Notes under the pieces: model-generated
Told to the model about the DNA's origin: nothing
The model's database searches: none
Seen by the model: the letters and a program-made list of their open reading frames with translations, nothing else
Program-made: the position numbers and the translations under genes
Origin: Acidobacteriota bacterium
GTDB taxonomy: Bacteria > Acidobacteriota > Blastocatellia > RBC074
DNA length: 59,622 bases
Direction of reading: 5' to 3'
Assembly: GCA_031414155.1 (NCBI GenBank)
Contig: JANNUY010000037.1
Coordinates: forward strand, 1-59,622
Shown: positions 29,156 through 38,272 of the stretch, piece after piece
How positions within the stretch are numbered: the first letter of the stretch is position 1
How the letters are laid out: the number at the start of each line of letters is the position of its first letter

Positions 29156-31480
29156 TTAGTCCGCACCGACGGCGCTGTCTCTTTCACCATCACCGCCGCT
29201 GTAATAATAACGACTGTAATAACTCGAATAATAATAGTAATCGTGCGGTTGTAACTTAATCTGATTAATGACGACGCCCAGTATTTTGGCACCGACCGAT
29301 TGCAAGTGGGCTTTAGTGCGCTGGGCCATTTCGCGCGGAGTGAAGCCGCTGCGCACGACGATGATTACGCCTTCGACCAGCGAAGATAAAATCAAGCTAT
29401 CGGCAAACGAAGAAACCGGTGGCGAATCAATGACCACATAATCAAAATTCGCGGCCAGCGTTTCAACGACAATTTTCATTTTGCTCGAACCCAATAACTC
29501 CGCCGGATTAGGCGGCAGAGGGCCGACGGGCAAAACGTACAGGTTCGGCATGGCAATTTGAATCAGCGAAGCCAAGTCGCAATCGCCTGCCAGATAATTA
29601 CAAAGCCCTACGTTATTTTTGAGGTTGAAAATTTTATGTACGCGCGGGCGACGCAAGTCGGCGTCTACAATCAATACGGACGCGCCGGTTTGCGCGAGCG
29701 AAATTGCTGTGTTCACACTCGTCGTGGTTTTACCTTCGGCAGGCTGGCTGCTGGTGACTAACAAGGTGCGCGGTGCGTGTCCGGCGGACGAAAGCAACAA
29801 CGAGGTGCGCAACTGACGGTAGCTTTCGGCAATGGAAGAATTAGTTTCGACCTGCGTGAGAATTACGCTGCCGTTACTGTTGCCATTGTTGATATGAGCG
29901 AGTTCGCGGCTTTCGCTTTCTTCGCCGCTGGTGAGCGCCTTGCGGTTTTTAGGTTGTTCAAAAACCGGAATGACGCCCAGCGCGGGCAAGCGCAGGTAAC
30001 GGTCAATGTCTTCGACGGAATCAATTTTATTGTTGATGTAATCGAGAAATAACACCAGTGCGATGCCGCCTAACAAGCTCAACAATAAGCCCAGCATAAT
30101 GTTTTGCAGGCGATTGGGCGCGACCGGAACGCGCGGCAAAGGCGAGTTATTACGGACAAAGATATTCGTCGTAATTAAGCCCGCCGCTGACACTTCGACC
30201 TCAGACTGGCTTTCCTGCAACTTGGTCAGCATATTGCGGTTGGTATCAACTTCCTGCTGCAACATCTTTGCCACAATTGAATCTTCGCTTTGGGTTAAGG
30301 TATCTCTTTCCTGTTGCTTGAAAGCCGCCTGCAGGCTGTTTTCTTTTTGCACCGCAGATTGATAAATGTTTGCAATCGTGCTGAGAATCCGCTCTTGCGC
30401 TGCACGCTTCTCGCCTTCAATTTGAGCGATTTGTTGATTAACGGTTTTAACTCCGGGCCACTCTTCGGTGTAATCAACCAGCAGCTTTTCGCGGTTCTGC
30501 CTTAGCTCAGTCAGGCGGCGCGTAAGGTCTTGCACCAACTGATCTTTTTGAATCTCAGGAATAATCGCCGAGTCTTTTACGCTCTTGCTTAACTCATAGG
30601 CCAATTGCGCCGCTTTACGATCCTGCTCGGCATTAAGCAGCATGTTATTCAGAGCGCTCAAGCGCGTTTGCACGGTATTTTCTTTTTCATTGCCGAAAGG
30701 AACGAATTTATGCGTGCGCGTATAGTTCAGCAATGTCTCTGAGGCATTGCGTAACTTGAGCTTGTAATCAGAAATACTCGTAGTTAGAAAATCTGCTGAT
30801 TTACGATTCGCACGCTGTTGATCCAACACATCGTTCTCAACAAAAACTTCACCCCATTTATCTGCAATTTTACGCGCCATTTCAGGATCGGTATGCCGAT
30901 AACGAATATCCACTAAATGCGTGTCGCGTAATGGCGTAAATTTTACGCCGCCTAGCAAACCGTCTACATAAGGTTGCAAGCGTTCCATTTCGGCGCGCTC
31001 GTTGGCGTCGTCTTCGCTGATCGCCAGCTTGCCCAAAGGGCGCGCGCTTTGATTGCCTGGCATGAAACCGCCACTACGGTCGAGTTGCAACGCTTTAGCT
31101 ACGCGATAGGCGATTTTCGGGCTTTCGAGAATTTTAAGTTGCGTGGCGAGGTAAGCCGGGTCTTCGGCTCCGCCCAGATTAAGCTGCACGTCTTTGAGGT
31201 TGACGACGCGATCTTTGCCCGCGATTTCGATGCGCGTGACGCCCTCATAAATCGAAGGCAGTCGCAAGTTATAAATCGTCGTCAGGGTTACGGTCAGCAC
31301 CATTACCGTCAGCGGAACCCAGAGGCGACGACGGATGACGCGCCAATAATCGCGCAAATGAGTTTCTTCGGTTTCATTAACTCCGCCACGCCCGTATCCG
31401 TAATCGCGCCGCAATAAATCTAACTGGGCGGCGGCATCATCGGCGGTGATTAATTTGTTGTTACGATCTTCTGGTTGCAT
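29156..31480 (-). CDS. wzc: Polysaccharide co-polymerase / tyrosine autokinase (Wzc/GumC-like, fused BY-kinase)
   Basis: N-terminal Wzz-type domain with two TM segments and a coiled coil. Walker A SSQPAEGKTTT, Walker A' LIVDADLRRP, Walker B DYVVIDSPP. C-terminal tyrosine cluster YYYYSSYYSRYYY (nt 29201..29239). Confidence 0.9.
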   Translation of the reverse strand: MQPEDRNNKLITADDAAAQLDLLRRDYGYGRGGVNETEETHLRDYWRVIRRRLWVPLTVMVLTVTLTTIYNLRLPSIYEGVTRIEIAGKDRVVNLKDVQLNLGGAEDPAYLATQLKILESPKIAYRVAKALQLDRSGGFMPGNQSARPLGKLAISEDDANERAEMERLQPYVDGLLGGVKFTPLRDTHLVDIRYRHTDPEMARKIADKWGEVFVENDVLDQQRANRKSADFLTTSISDYKLKLRNASETLLNYTRTHKFVPFGNEKENTVQTRLSALNNMLLNAEQDRKAAQLAYELSKSVKDSAIIPEIQKDQLVQDLTRRLTELRQNREKLLVDYTEEWPGVKTVNQQIAQIEGEKRAAQERILSTIANIYQSAVQKENSLQAAFKQQERDTLTQSEDSIVAKMLQQEVDTNRNMLTKLQESQSEVEVSAAGLITTNIFVRNNSPLPRVPVAPNRLQNIMLGLLLSLLGGIALVLFLDYINNKIDSVEDIDRYLRLPALGVIPVFEQPKNRKALTSGEESESRELAHINNGNSNGSVILTQVETNSSIAESYRQLRTSLLLSSAGHAPRTLLVTSSQPAEGKTTTSVNTAISLAQTGASVLIVDADLRRPRVHKIFNLKNNVGLCNYLAGDCDLASLIQIAMPNLYVLPVGPLPPNPAELLGSSKMKIVVETLAANFDYVVIDSPPVSSFADSLILSSLVEGVIIVVRSGFTPREMAQRTKAHLQSVGAKILGVVINQIKLQPHDYYYYSSYYSRYYYSGGDGERDSAVGAD

Positions 31481-31504
31481 GGAATTCCGCCTGGCTCAGG
31501 TAAT

Positions 31505-32605
31505 TTAATAAGGTCGAATAACACGCAGCGGCAATTGTCCTGCCGTCGGCGCGATTAGTCCTAATAAACTGCGTCCGATGCCTTTAACTGTCGAAGCTGG
31601 CACTTCGATAACATCGCTCGGTCGCAAAATTAAATCTTCTGCTTTCTTTTTTTCGATAGCTTCAAAATCAATCGTTTGAATTTCCCGCTGGGTCGAACCG
31701 GCAATCTGGCGGCTCACGCGAATTTTATTTTTCGATACGTCGGTGAAAAAGCCGCCCGCCATGCCAATCGCCTCCGACAACCGCAACGTCTGCCGCATCA
31801 CAATGGGGCCGGGACGCATGACGCCGCCCACCAGAAAAACCTGATCGGCGTCAGGCACACTGATGGTATCGCCCGGTTCAACATAGATATTCGTCTCAGG
31901 CGTACCCAGCAAGACATCGCGCAAATTAAGCGTAATCAACTGTCCAGCAAATGCCTCATCCGTGGATTTCTCGCCGTTGGCAGCTTCGTCCGGTTTCGCA
32001 TCCTGCTTCGCAACCGCAACGGGAACCGCGACGCCAGTCGGGTTGCGGCAATAGTTATATTCCTGGCTGCGGATAAGATTGATCGTCGTACCGGAGTTAC
32101 CGTTCACGCCCCCAGCCTGGCCTAAAAGTTCGAGCAAACGGATGCGGCGTTGCAACTTAAACCGTCCGGGTTGCATGACCGCGCCGATCACAGCAATCGG
32201 CTGGCTTTGAAAATCCTTGACGAAAACGTCCACCATCGGCGTGCGTAAATACTTGCTATATTTTTCTTCTAGCATGCGCGCGACCTGCAATTCGGTCATA
32301 CAGGCGACGGTCAGGTCTTCTTTGATGAAGACGGGACGGATGCGCCCCTGATTATCTACGCGAAAGTCCTTGCTCATTTCCGGCTGGCCGAACACCCGAA
32401 TTTCGAGGGTATCGCCCGGGCCAATGCGATAGAGCGTGTCTTCAGCTATCGGACGCCGCGCCACCGTAACCGCCGTCGCGGACGCAGGTGCAGTAATGCT
32501 GTTAGCAGGAACAGACGTTGGCGTTTGCCCGAAACTGGAAAGTTGACCCAAAGATAGACTGATTCCGCCTAACAGGATGGCGCTTAAAAACTTTTTGACT
32601 GACAT
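31505..32605 (-). CDS. wza: Outer-membrane polysaccharide export protein (Wza/Poly_export + SLBB)
   Basis: I moved the start to ATG 32605 (MSVKKFLSAILLGGISLSLG signal peptide; GGAGG 9 nt upstream at about 32616-32620). YRIGPGDTLEIRVFGQPEMS motif and repeated SLBB-like segments. Confidence 0.85.
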   Translation of the reverse strand: MSVKKFLSAILLGGISLSLGQLSSFGQTPTSVPANSITAPASATAVTVARRPIAEDTLYRIGPGDTLEIRVFGQPEMSKDFRVDNQGRIRPVFIKEDLTVACMTELQVARMLEEKYSKYLRTPMVDVFVKDFQSQPIAVIGAVMQPGRFKLQRRIRLLELLGQAGGVNGNSGTTINLIRSQEYNYCRNPTGVAVPVAVAKQDAKPDEAANGEKSTDEAFAGQLITLNLRDVLLGTPETNIYVEPGDTISVPDADQVFLVGGVMRPGPIVMRQTLRLSEAIGMAGGFFTDVSKNKIRVSRQIAGSTQREIQTIDFEAIEKKKAEDLILRPSDVIEVPASTVKGIGRSLLGLIAPTAGQLPLRVIRPY

Positions 32606-32875
32606 AAAGCAATACCTCCATACGTAAAAGGACCCGGCAGCATCTCTCGCTGCCTTCACTAACCAAAGTAACCTATGGCGCGATACCCGGTTCGCACAAA
32701 AAGATTGCAAAAGCTGCATTGGGGGAGGTGCAAAACAGGCTCGCCTAAACCATCAAATTGCTATCAAATGCTACTCAGGGGATTCCGCAAGGGGTTTCAG
32801 CAAACTGGCTCTTTCAATGTGGACGTTAGTATCGCCAACGAGTTCAATGCTGTCAAAAGTCGGAAAGCCACTCGC

Positions 32876-33910
32876 TCATTTCGCCATTGCGTCTGTGACC
32901 TTAATCTTGCCTGCGATGATGTCGCGTTTGGCCTGTTCGACTTTTTCCAGCACCGAGGGCGGAATCAGCGCCTTATTGTAATCATCTAGCGCGTAACCCA
33001 CGCCGTCGTTATCCAAGCCGAACACGCGCACGCCACCTTTGAATTTCCCTTCCGTCTCTTCTTTCACCACGCTGTAAACCGCGTTGTCTATGCGCTTAAT
33101 CATGCTGGTCAGGATGAATCCGGGCTTGACCCAGTTTTGATTGGCGTCAACGCCGATGGCAAAGCGTTTGTAACTTTCCGCCGCATCGAATACGCCCAAG
33201 CCTGAATTCCCGGCTGCCGCGAAAATCACATCCGCGCCTTGCTCGAATTGCGAGTTCGCCAGTTCGCGCCCCTTACCTGGATTATTCCAGGCCGCGTCAG
33301 TGATGCCAACGTAATTTTCCGAGACCTGAATGTTCGGGTTCATATACTTCGCGCCTTCGGCATAGCCGGTGGCGAACTTATGAATCAACGGAATGTCCAT
33401 TCCGCCGATAAAACCCAGCTTGCCAGTCTTGCTGGTCGCGGCGGCGATCATGCCGACGAGGAAGGAGCCTTCGTGTTCTTTAAAGAGCAGGCTTGCCACG
33501 TTGGGCACATCAACCTTGGAATCAATGATGACGAAATGCAGTTGCGGATAATCTTTGGCGACCTGTTCGAGAATCGGGCCTTGCGCGAAGCCCACGCCGG
33601 TCACGAGGTTGTAACCGTATTGCGCAAAGGCACGCAGCGCGGGTTCGATGCTGGTGGGGTCGCCCGGTTCTACGTCGCGGTAAACGATAGGCAGTTCTTT
33701 CTTCGCGCGCAGCATGCCCTGATAAGCCGCCGCGTTGAACGAACGATCATCCTTGCCACCGATGTCGAAGACGATGCCGACTTTGGTACTCTTGCTATCG
33801 CGCGCTTCAGCGGTGAAATCGCGCGTCGCACAACCGGTGATGACCAGCACGCTCAAGCACAGGGCGGCAACGCAAGGCAGACGAAAAGCAAACAGGTTCG
33901 ATGAATCCAT
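32876..33910 (-). CDS. BMP-family (PnrA/Med-like) substrate-binding lipoprotein
   Basis: Start moved to ATG 33910 (GGAG upstream). Lipobox LVITGC. GIVFDIGGKDDRSFN and GFIGGMDIPLI motifs of the basic membrane protein family. No ABC permease or ATPase genes are adjacent. Confidence 0.8.
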   Translation of the reverse strand: MDSSNLFAFRLPCVAALCLSVLVITGCATRDFTAEARDSKSTKVGIVFDIGGKDDRSFNAAAYQGMLRAKKELPIVYRDVEPGDPTSIEPALRAFAQYGYNLVTGVGFAQGPILEQVAKDYPQLHFVIIDSKVDVPNVASLLFKEHEGSFLVGMIAAATSKTGKLGFIGGMDIPLIHKFATGYAEGAKYMNPNIQVSENYVGITDAAWNNPGKGRELANSQFEQGADVIFAAAGNSGLGVFDAAESYKRFAIGVDANQNWVKPGFILTSMIKRIDNAVYSVVKEETEGKFKGGVRVFGLDNDGVGYALDDYNKALIPPSVLEKVEQAKRDIIAGKIKVTDAMAK

Positions 33911-34157
33911 AAACAGGCTCCTTTGTGATGACGTGCGATTATCGCTGCGCAACGGGTTTCTGCCAATCCCTGTGATGAACTGAAGTGAAAGGCCAAGAAA
34001 AATAACTCATAACTTAGAATTAAATTGACGAAATCACCGCAAGCGTGTTACTTACTCGTCATCATAAAAGTAGTAATTGAGTTTTCGTTTTTCGGATAGA
34101 TTCATTTTTCTGAATTTCGCCGAATTCTTTCAATCAACGTTTAGGTTTTAACTTCAC

Positions 34158-34420
34158 ATGCATAAGCATAACGCAAATAATTTTGGATTCGCCGCAGGCA
34201 CTAAACCTGTTGCGATGCCGTTTGCGTTGGTTGCGCCGCTCACTACGTGGTGCTCGCTTATGCCGCAAACGGTAATTAACCGCCGCGACGTATCGCGTTA
34301 CGGCGCTTACCGGTGGAAGTTGCTATCGCTTCTGAAAGAAAACAGCTAATCGCTACTTTCAAACAGATTTCAGCAACCCTGACCGGTACTTAAAAAGATC
34401 GGTCAGGGTTTTTGCTTTTT
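34158..34420 (+). other. Candidate small transcript (sRNA or 63-codon ORF) that ends at an intrinsic terminator
   Basis: An AT-rich stretch at 34010-34150 precedes it. A GC-rich, hairpin-rich body follows (for example CCGTTTGCG...CGCAAACGG and CGCGAcgtaTCGCG). A strong terminator lies at 34375-34420. The ORF 34158..34349 has no SD sequence and no recognisable protein features. Confidence 0.3.
34375..34420 (+). terminator. Rho-independent terminator
   Basis: AACCCTGACCG (34375-34385) pairs perfectly with CGGTCAGGGTT (34400-34410), followed by TTTGCTTTTT. Confidence 0.8.
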
Positions 34421-34439
34421 GGGCGACAGCATTTTTAAG

Positions 34440-34731
34440 TTTGCGTCTTCAGCCCAAAGCCACGGCGTGCCAGTCGTAACGGCACGCCGTATCCACTATT
34501 AACAGTGGCAAAGACGGTGAAGCCAAAGTAATCGCGGCACGGGCGTGTCCAAGTTATAATTGGTCGCACTTAATCGTCCCCGCTAGTAGCTGGTGAGAGT
34601 CCAGCCGCCGTCTTCGAGTTAATTTTGCACGATGAGTTGGTAACTCACGTTGCCGTTGCGTGCGGCAACGTTGAGGTGACGTGTAATTTAATTAATCAGC
34701 AATTAACAAAAAAACGCGCAGGAAAAGAATT
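34440..34731 (+). promoter_or_regulatory. Hairpin-rich 5' leader upstream of the MFS transporter (class unknown)
   Basis: 10-bp perfect stem 34462-34471/34481-34490. CCACT/AGTGG at 34493-34508. Long-range AAGACGG (34511-17) / CCGTCTT (34608-14) encloses the GCTGG-tgagagt-CCAGC hairpin (34589-34605). 8-bp stem 34648-55/34663-70. Confidence 0.3.
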
Positions 34732-36012
34732 ATGCAGTCCATTAGTTACTCCGAATTATTGCAAAAGAACGTGCCCTTTCGCCGCTTATGGTTTGGGCAG
34801 GTGATTAGCGAACTCGGTACGTGGTTTTCTGCGATTGCCGAACTGGGATTGGTGCGCGTGTTATCTGGTTCGACAGCGATGACGGCGGCGGTGCTGGTCG
34901 CGCGTACCTTGCCATTTCTGCTGGTTTCCCCGCTGGCTGGCGTCGCCGTTGATCGCGGGCATCGCAAACAGATTCTCATCGCGGCGGATTTGTTGCGCGC
35001 GGTCGTGGCCTTGGGCTTTCTCACTACCAATTGGGGAGCGCCCGCGTGGGTTGTCGTCGTTTGCACCGCGTTGATGTCTTCTATCGGAACGTTCTTCGAA
35101 GCCGCAAAAAACGCGGCGATTGCGAATCTGGCGAATAAGCAGGAGTTGTTGACGGCGAACGTGTTGATGTTCGGTACGCGCTTTTTGCAACTCACACTGG
35201 GCGCGGCGCTGGGCGGCATCACGGCGGCTAAGTTCGGTTACAACGCAGCGTTTCTCATCAACGCGCTTTCGTTCTTAGCGTCGGCTTATTTCATCTGGCG
35301 CATCCCTGACGAACTGATGTCGCAGAGCCAAGCCGAAACCACGCGCAGCGAGTTTTGCCAACAGGTGCGCGAAGGGTGGGCTTATATTAGGGCGACGCCT
35401 TTCGTACGCAATGTGATGTTGGTGAATATCGCGTGGGCGATGGGTGGCGGAATGAACAACCTGTTGCTTGATCGCCTGGCGAGCAGTGAATTCAAACACA
35501 GCGGCGCAGACGTGGCGCTCGCTTCGTTGTGGACGGCGGCCGGCGCAGGCCTGTTCATCGGCATGATGCTCGCACGTCGCGCGGGCGCGTGGGCTTCAGA
35601 AGAACGCCGCGCCGGTTTGCTCGTAGGCTGGGCATTGTTGATTCACGGCGTAGCGTGGGCAATGAGTGGCTTTATGCCGTCGCTCTGGAGCATGGCAGCC
35701 GCCATTATCGTGAGCCGGTTGATTCTGGGCGCTGAATTTGGCGTACAAGAAACGCTCGTGATGCGCGTCATCCCCGATGATTATCGGGGACGCGTTTTCA
35801 CCACTGACCGCGCGCTCGAACTCACGATGATGACGGTTTCGATGGTGACGGCGAGCGTATTGTTACGCTGGTTTACACCGCGCCAGATGATGGTGGCTTC
35901 GGGCTTGTTATCGGCGAGTCCGGGGCTGGTGTGGTTGCTGGCGCTGTGGCTGAAACGTTTCAGCGTGCCTGAACTCGCTGTGCGCGAACCACAACCCGTC
36001 GCTGGTGATTAG
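34732..36012 (+). CDS. MFS transporter (EntS/MFS_3-like)
   Basis: 12-TM-type profile. N-terminal FRRLWFGQVISELGTWF and D-R-G-H-R-K loop motifs are typical of this MFS subfamily. AGGAAAAG lies upstream of the ATG. Confidence 0.85.
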   Translation: MQSISYSELLQKNVPFRRLWFGQVISELGTWFSAIAELGLVRVLSGSTAMTAAVLVARTLPFLLVSPLAGVAVDRGHRKQILIAADLLRAVVALGFLTTNWGAPAWVVVVCTALMSSIGTFFEAAKNAAIANLANKQELLTANVLMFGTRFLQLTLGAALGGITAAKFGYNAAFLINALSFLASAYFIWRIPDELMSQSQAETTRSEFCQQVREGWAYIRATPFVRNVMLVNIAWAMGGGMNNLLLDRLASSEFKHSGADVALASLWTAAGAGLFIGMMLARRAGAWASEERRAGLLVGWALLIHGVAWAMSGFMPSLWSMAAAIIVSRLILGAEFGVQETLVMRVIPDDYRGRVFTTDRALELTMMTVSMVTASVLLRWFTPRQMMVASGLLSASPGLVWLLALWLKRFSVPELAVREPQPVAGD

Positions 36013-36269
36013 ACGAAATGAGCCGTCAAAACTCGCAATAGTTTTGACGGCTCATGGTGTGAGCAACTGTTTTTTTTCGCCATTCGAGCAGAAAGTAATC
36101 GTCACAGAGCGGCGCGTAAATGAGTGGCAAGGCACCAGAGTGGCTCGTAAATGAATGGCAAGGCATGGTTAGAAAGTTAATTCGCTGACGGTCAGCCAAC
36201 ACACAACTGGCCTTTTTGTCAGGCAATGGCTACATTCGTCGAACTTCACGGTTGCGAGTTGATTCACCT

Positions 36270-36596
36270 ATGTTGTTGTCGAGATTTGAAGTGCTGGCCT
36301 TATTGCCGGATACACCTGAAATAATCGGTTACGCGATTGAGGTCACGCCCTCGGGCAAGGCAGTGCTGGAAGAGTGGAAGCTCAACTACGAAATTTTCGT
36401 AGACGGTTTGCCCGAACAACTCGACGCGCGGCTGGCCTGGCATAAATCGCGGCAGGAACTCGGCCTGCTCATCCTCATCAAAACCGGTACGGAAGAAAAA
36501 AAGAAGGTCAACTTTTATTTGAAGCCCGATCCGGTAAAAATCCGCAGGCGTTATCAGGTGAATCCCTTTCGCCCGAAGCCCAAAAACGATAAATAA
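36270..36596 (+). CDS. Hypothetical protein (108 aa, basic C-terminus)
   Basis: ORF 36216..36596 begins at TTG. The first ATG is at 36270. I recognise no motif, and there is no TM segment. Confidence 0.4.
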   Translation: MLLSRFEVLALLPDTPEIIGYAIEVTPSGKAVLEEWKLNYEIFVDGLPEQLDARLAWHKSRQELGLLILIKTGTEEKKKVNFYLKPDPVKIRRRYQVNPFRPKPKNDK

Positions 36597-36611
36597 AACA
36601 AGCCAGTGTGT

Positions 36612-37619
36612 ATGAAGGCAAAAGGCTTACGAATGGACTATTCAATCGTCGTCCCTTTTCACAACGAAGAAGGCAACGTGCCGGAACTCTATCGCCGCCT
36701 GACACAGGTGATGGAAGCGTTGCCAGTTGAAGGCGAAGTTGATTACGAACTGGTGTTCGTGGATGACGGCAGCAGCGACCGCACGCCGCTTCAGTTACGC
36801 GACCTCGCGGCGCTCGATCCGCGTGTGGTGGGGCTGCGTTTGCGGCGCAATTTCGGGCAGACGGCGGCACTGGCGGCGGGCTTTGACCGTGCGGCGGGCA
36901 GCGTCATCATAGCGATGGATGGCGACTTGCAACACGCGCCCGAAGACATTCCGCGCTTTGTCGAAAAGTTGCAGGAAGGTTACGACATTGTCAGCGGCTG
37001 GCGGCAGCATCGGCGAGATGGGATGCGGCGAACTTTTCCGTCGAGAATTGCCAACCGCTTGATGGCAAAGGCTTCGGGCGTAGCCATTCATGATTTCGGC
37101 ACGACGTTCAAAGCCTATCGCCGCGAGGTGCTGGAACGCATTCCGCTTTATGGCCAAATGCATCGTTTCATTCCCGCGATGGCGAGCATCGAAGGCGCGC
37201 TGATTGCCGAAGTTCCCATCGAAGATCAGCCGCGCGCTACGGGCAAGTCGCATTACGGTTTGTCGCGTACGTTTCGCGTGATGTTCGACATTCTGACGAT
37301 TCGTTTGCTGGTGCGTTATCTGTCGCGTCCGCTGCACTTTTTCGGTGGCATTGGCGCAGCGATGATTGCGGTGGCGATGACGCTGGCGATGTGGTTGCTC
37401 GCCAAAAAGACGATCTGGCGCGAAGACATCTTCATTCAAAACGGCCCGATGCTGTTGTTTGCTGCGGTGATGTTTTTAGGCGGAATTCAGTTTTTAGGAC
37501 TGGGCTTGTTGGGCGATTTGTTCGCGCGGCTTTATTACGCTCCGGCGCAACGCAGCATTTATAGCATCGCACAAGTTTACCGCAGCGAATTGCCTGCCGA
37601 TCATCTGACCGGACGGTAA
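36612..37619 (+). CDS. GT2 polyprenol-phosphate glycosyltransferase (DPM1/GtrB/ArnC-like) with two C-terminal TM helices
   Basis: [17 protein letters not shown]...[10 protein letters not shown]...MDGDLQH...IANRLM plus a C-terminal hydrophobic pair. Alternative start at ATG 36633. Confidence 0.85.
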   Translation: MKAKGLRMDYSIVVPFHNEEGNVPELYRRLTQVMEALPVEGEVDYELVFVDDGSSDRTPLQLRDLAALDPRVVGLRLRRNFGQTAALAAGFDRAAGSVIIAMDGDLQHAPEDIPRFVEKLQEGYDIVSGWRQHRRDGMRRTFPSRIANRLMAKASGVAIHDFGTTFKAYRREVLERIPLYGQMHRFIPAMASIEGALIAEVPIEDQPRATGKSHYGLSRTFRVMFDILTIRLLVRYLSRPLHFFGGIGAAMIAVAMTLAMWLLAKKTIWREDIFIQNGPMLLFAAVMFLGGIQFLGLGLLGDLFARLYYAPAQRSIYSIAQVYRSELPADHLTGR

Positions 37620-38272
37620 AACGCGGCGAGGCGATGGGGCGATACGCCGAGCCAATACAACACTTGCAAACACGACCAATGGGCAAAGGTACGCAGAAAG
37701 CGCCCTTCAAACCGACGCGAAGAAGTCGTGGCCTCTGCCGCCAATCGCACGAATTTGCCGTGGCGTTTCATGCGACGAAAAAGGTCAATGTCTTCAAACA
37801 GCGGGAAGTCTCGATAGCCGCCCAGTTCCTCAAAGACGGCGCGTCTGATGAAGATCGCCGAATCGCCATAACACATCCCGCCCCAACGCAAGAACGGATA
37901 CAGCCACGTCAAACAAGTCGCCGCACGCGTGCCGCCATCGAAACATAAACTGAAATTTCCGCCGCATACGCTCGCGTCGGCCAATGCGTTATGAATCAAC
38001 CTTTCGGCGTCAGGCGGCAAGCGCGTGTCTGCGTGCAAGAACAGCAGCACTTCACCCTTTGCCGCCCACGCTCCGGCATTCATCTGGGTGCCGCGACCGC
38101 GCGGAGCCGCAACCACTCGCCACCCGTAAGTCGTTGCAAGTTGAGCCGTTGCGTCTGCGCTACCGCCGTCCGCGACGATAATTTCAGCGATTCCGGCGGC
38201 AGGCAGGCAGCGCGCTTGTGCCGCCAGCGCAACGGCTTCGTTTAGGGTGGGAATGATGATAGATAAGGACAT
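37601..38272 (-). CDS. Small soluble GT2-family glycosyltransferase (from memory, resembles the TIGR04283-type family)
   Basis: [12 protein letters not shown]...[12 protein letters not shown]...FLHADTRLP...[10 protein letters not shown]...FEDIDLFRR...TSSRRFE...LGVSP. The 3' end overlaps the convergent GT2 by 19 nt. Confidence 0.75.
   Translation of the reverse strand: MSLSIIIPTLNEAVALAAQARCLPAAGIAEIIVADGGSADATAQLATTYGWRVVAAPRGRGTQMNAGAWAAKGEVLLFLHADTRLPPDAERLIHNALADASVCGGNFSLCFDGGTRAATCLTWLYPFLRWGGMCYGDSAIFIRRAVFEELGGYRDFPLFEDIDLFRRMKRHGKFVRLAAEATTSSRRFEGRFLRTFAHWSCLQVLYWLGVSPHRLAAFYRPVR

Noticed and set aside
27012-32605. A possible exosortase/PEP-CTERM-type EPS system, suggested by the Wza-Wzc-AsnB order.
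   Set aside because: There is no exosortase (EpsH-like) gene and no PEP-CTERM-tailed protein in the window. The giant protein ends ...GTGSTENR.
33239-33904. A 221-aa plus-strand ORF antisense to the BMP lipoprotein gene. Similar cases are 36795..37439, 55354..55965, 56716..57204, 47053..47556, 47990..48571, 50821..51420, 31676..32125 and 2916..3575.
   Set aside because: Each is fully embedded antisense in a gene with strong family motifs. None shows recognisable motifs, and all are Arg/Ala-rich in the way typical of GC-rich antisense frames.
32876-33910. The BMP substrate-binding lipoprotein as part of the polysaccharide locus.
   Set aside because: It is separated from wza by ~270 nt, has no functional link that I can argue, and has no adjacent ABC partners. 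It is probably an independent gene.
34495-34615. Fragments reminiscent of cobalamin (GGTGAGAGTCCAGC; GCCACTG on the minus strand) or c-di-GMP-I (GGCAAAG, GCCAAAG) riboswitch cores.
   Set aside because: The order, orientation and spacing of the pieces do not fit either consensus on either strand. I treat this as chance resemblance until a covariance-model search says otherwise.
37601-37619. The 19-nt convergent overlap of the two GT2 genes as a regulatory antisense feature.
   Set aside because: A short 3'-3' overlap is common in compact genomes, and no structure or motif supports a special role.
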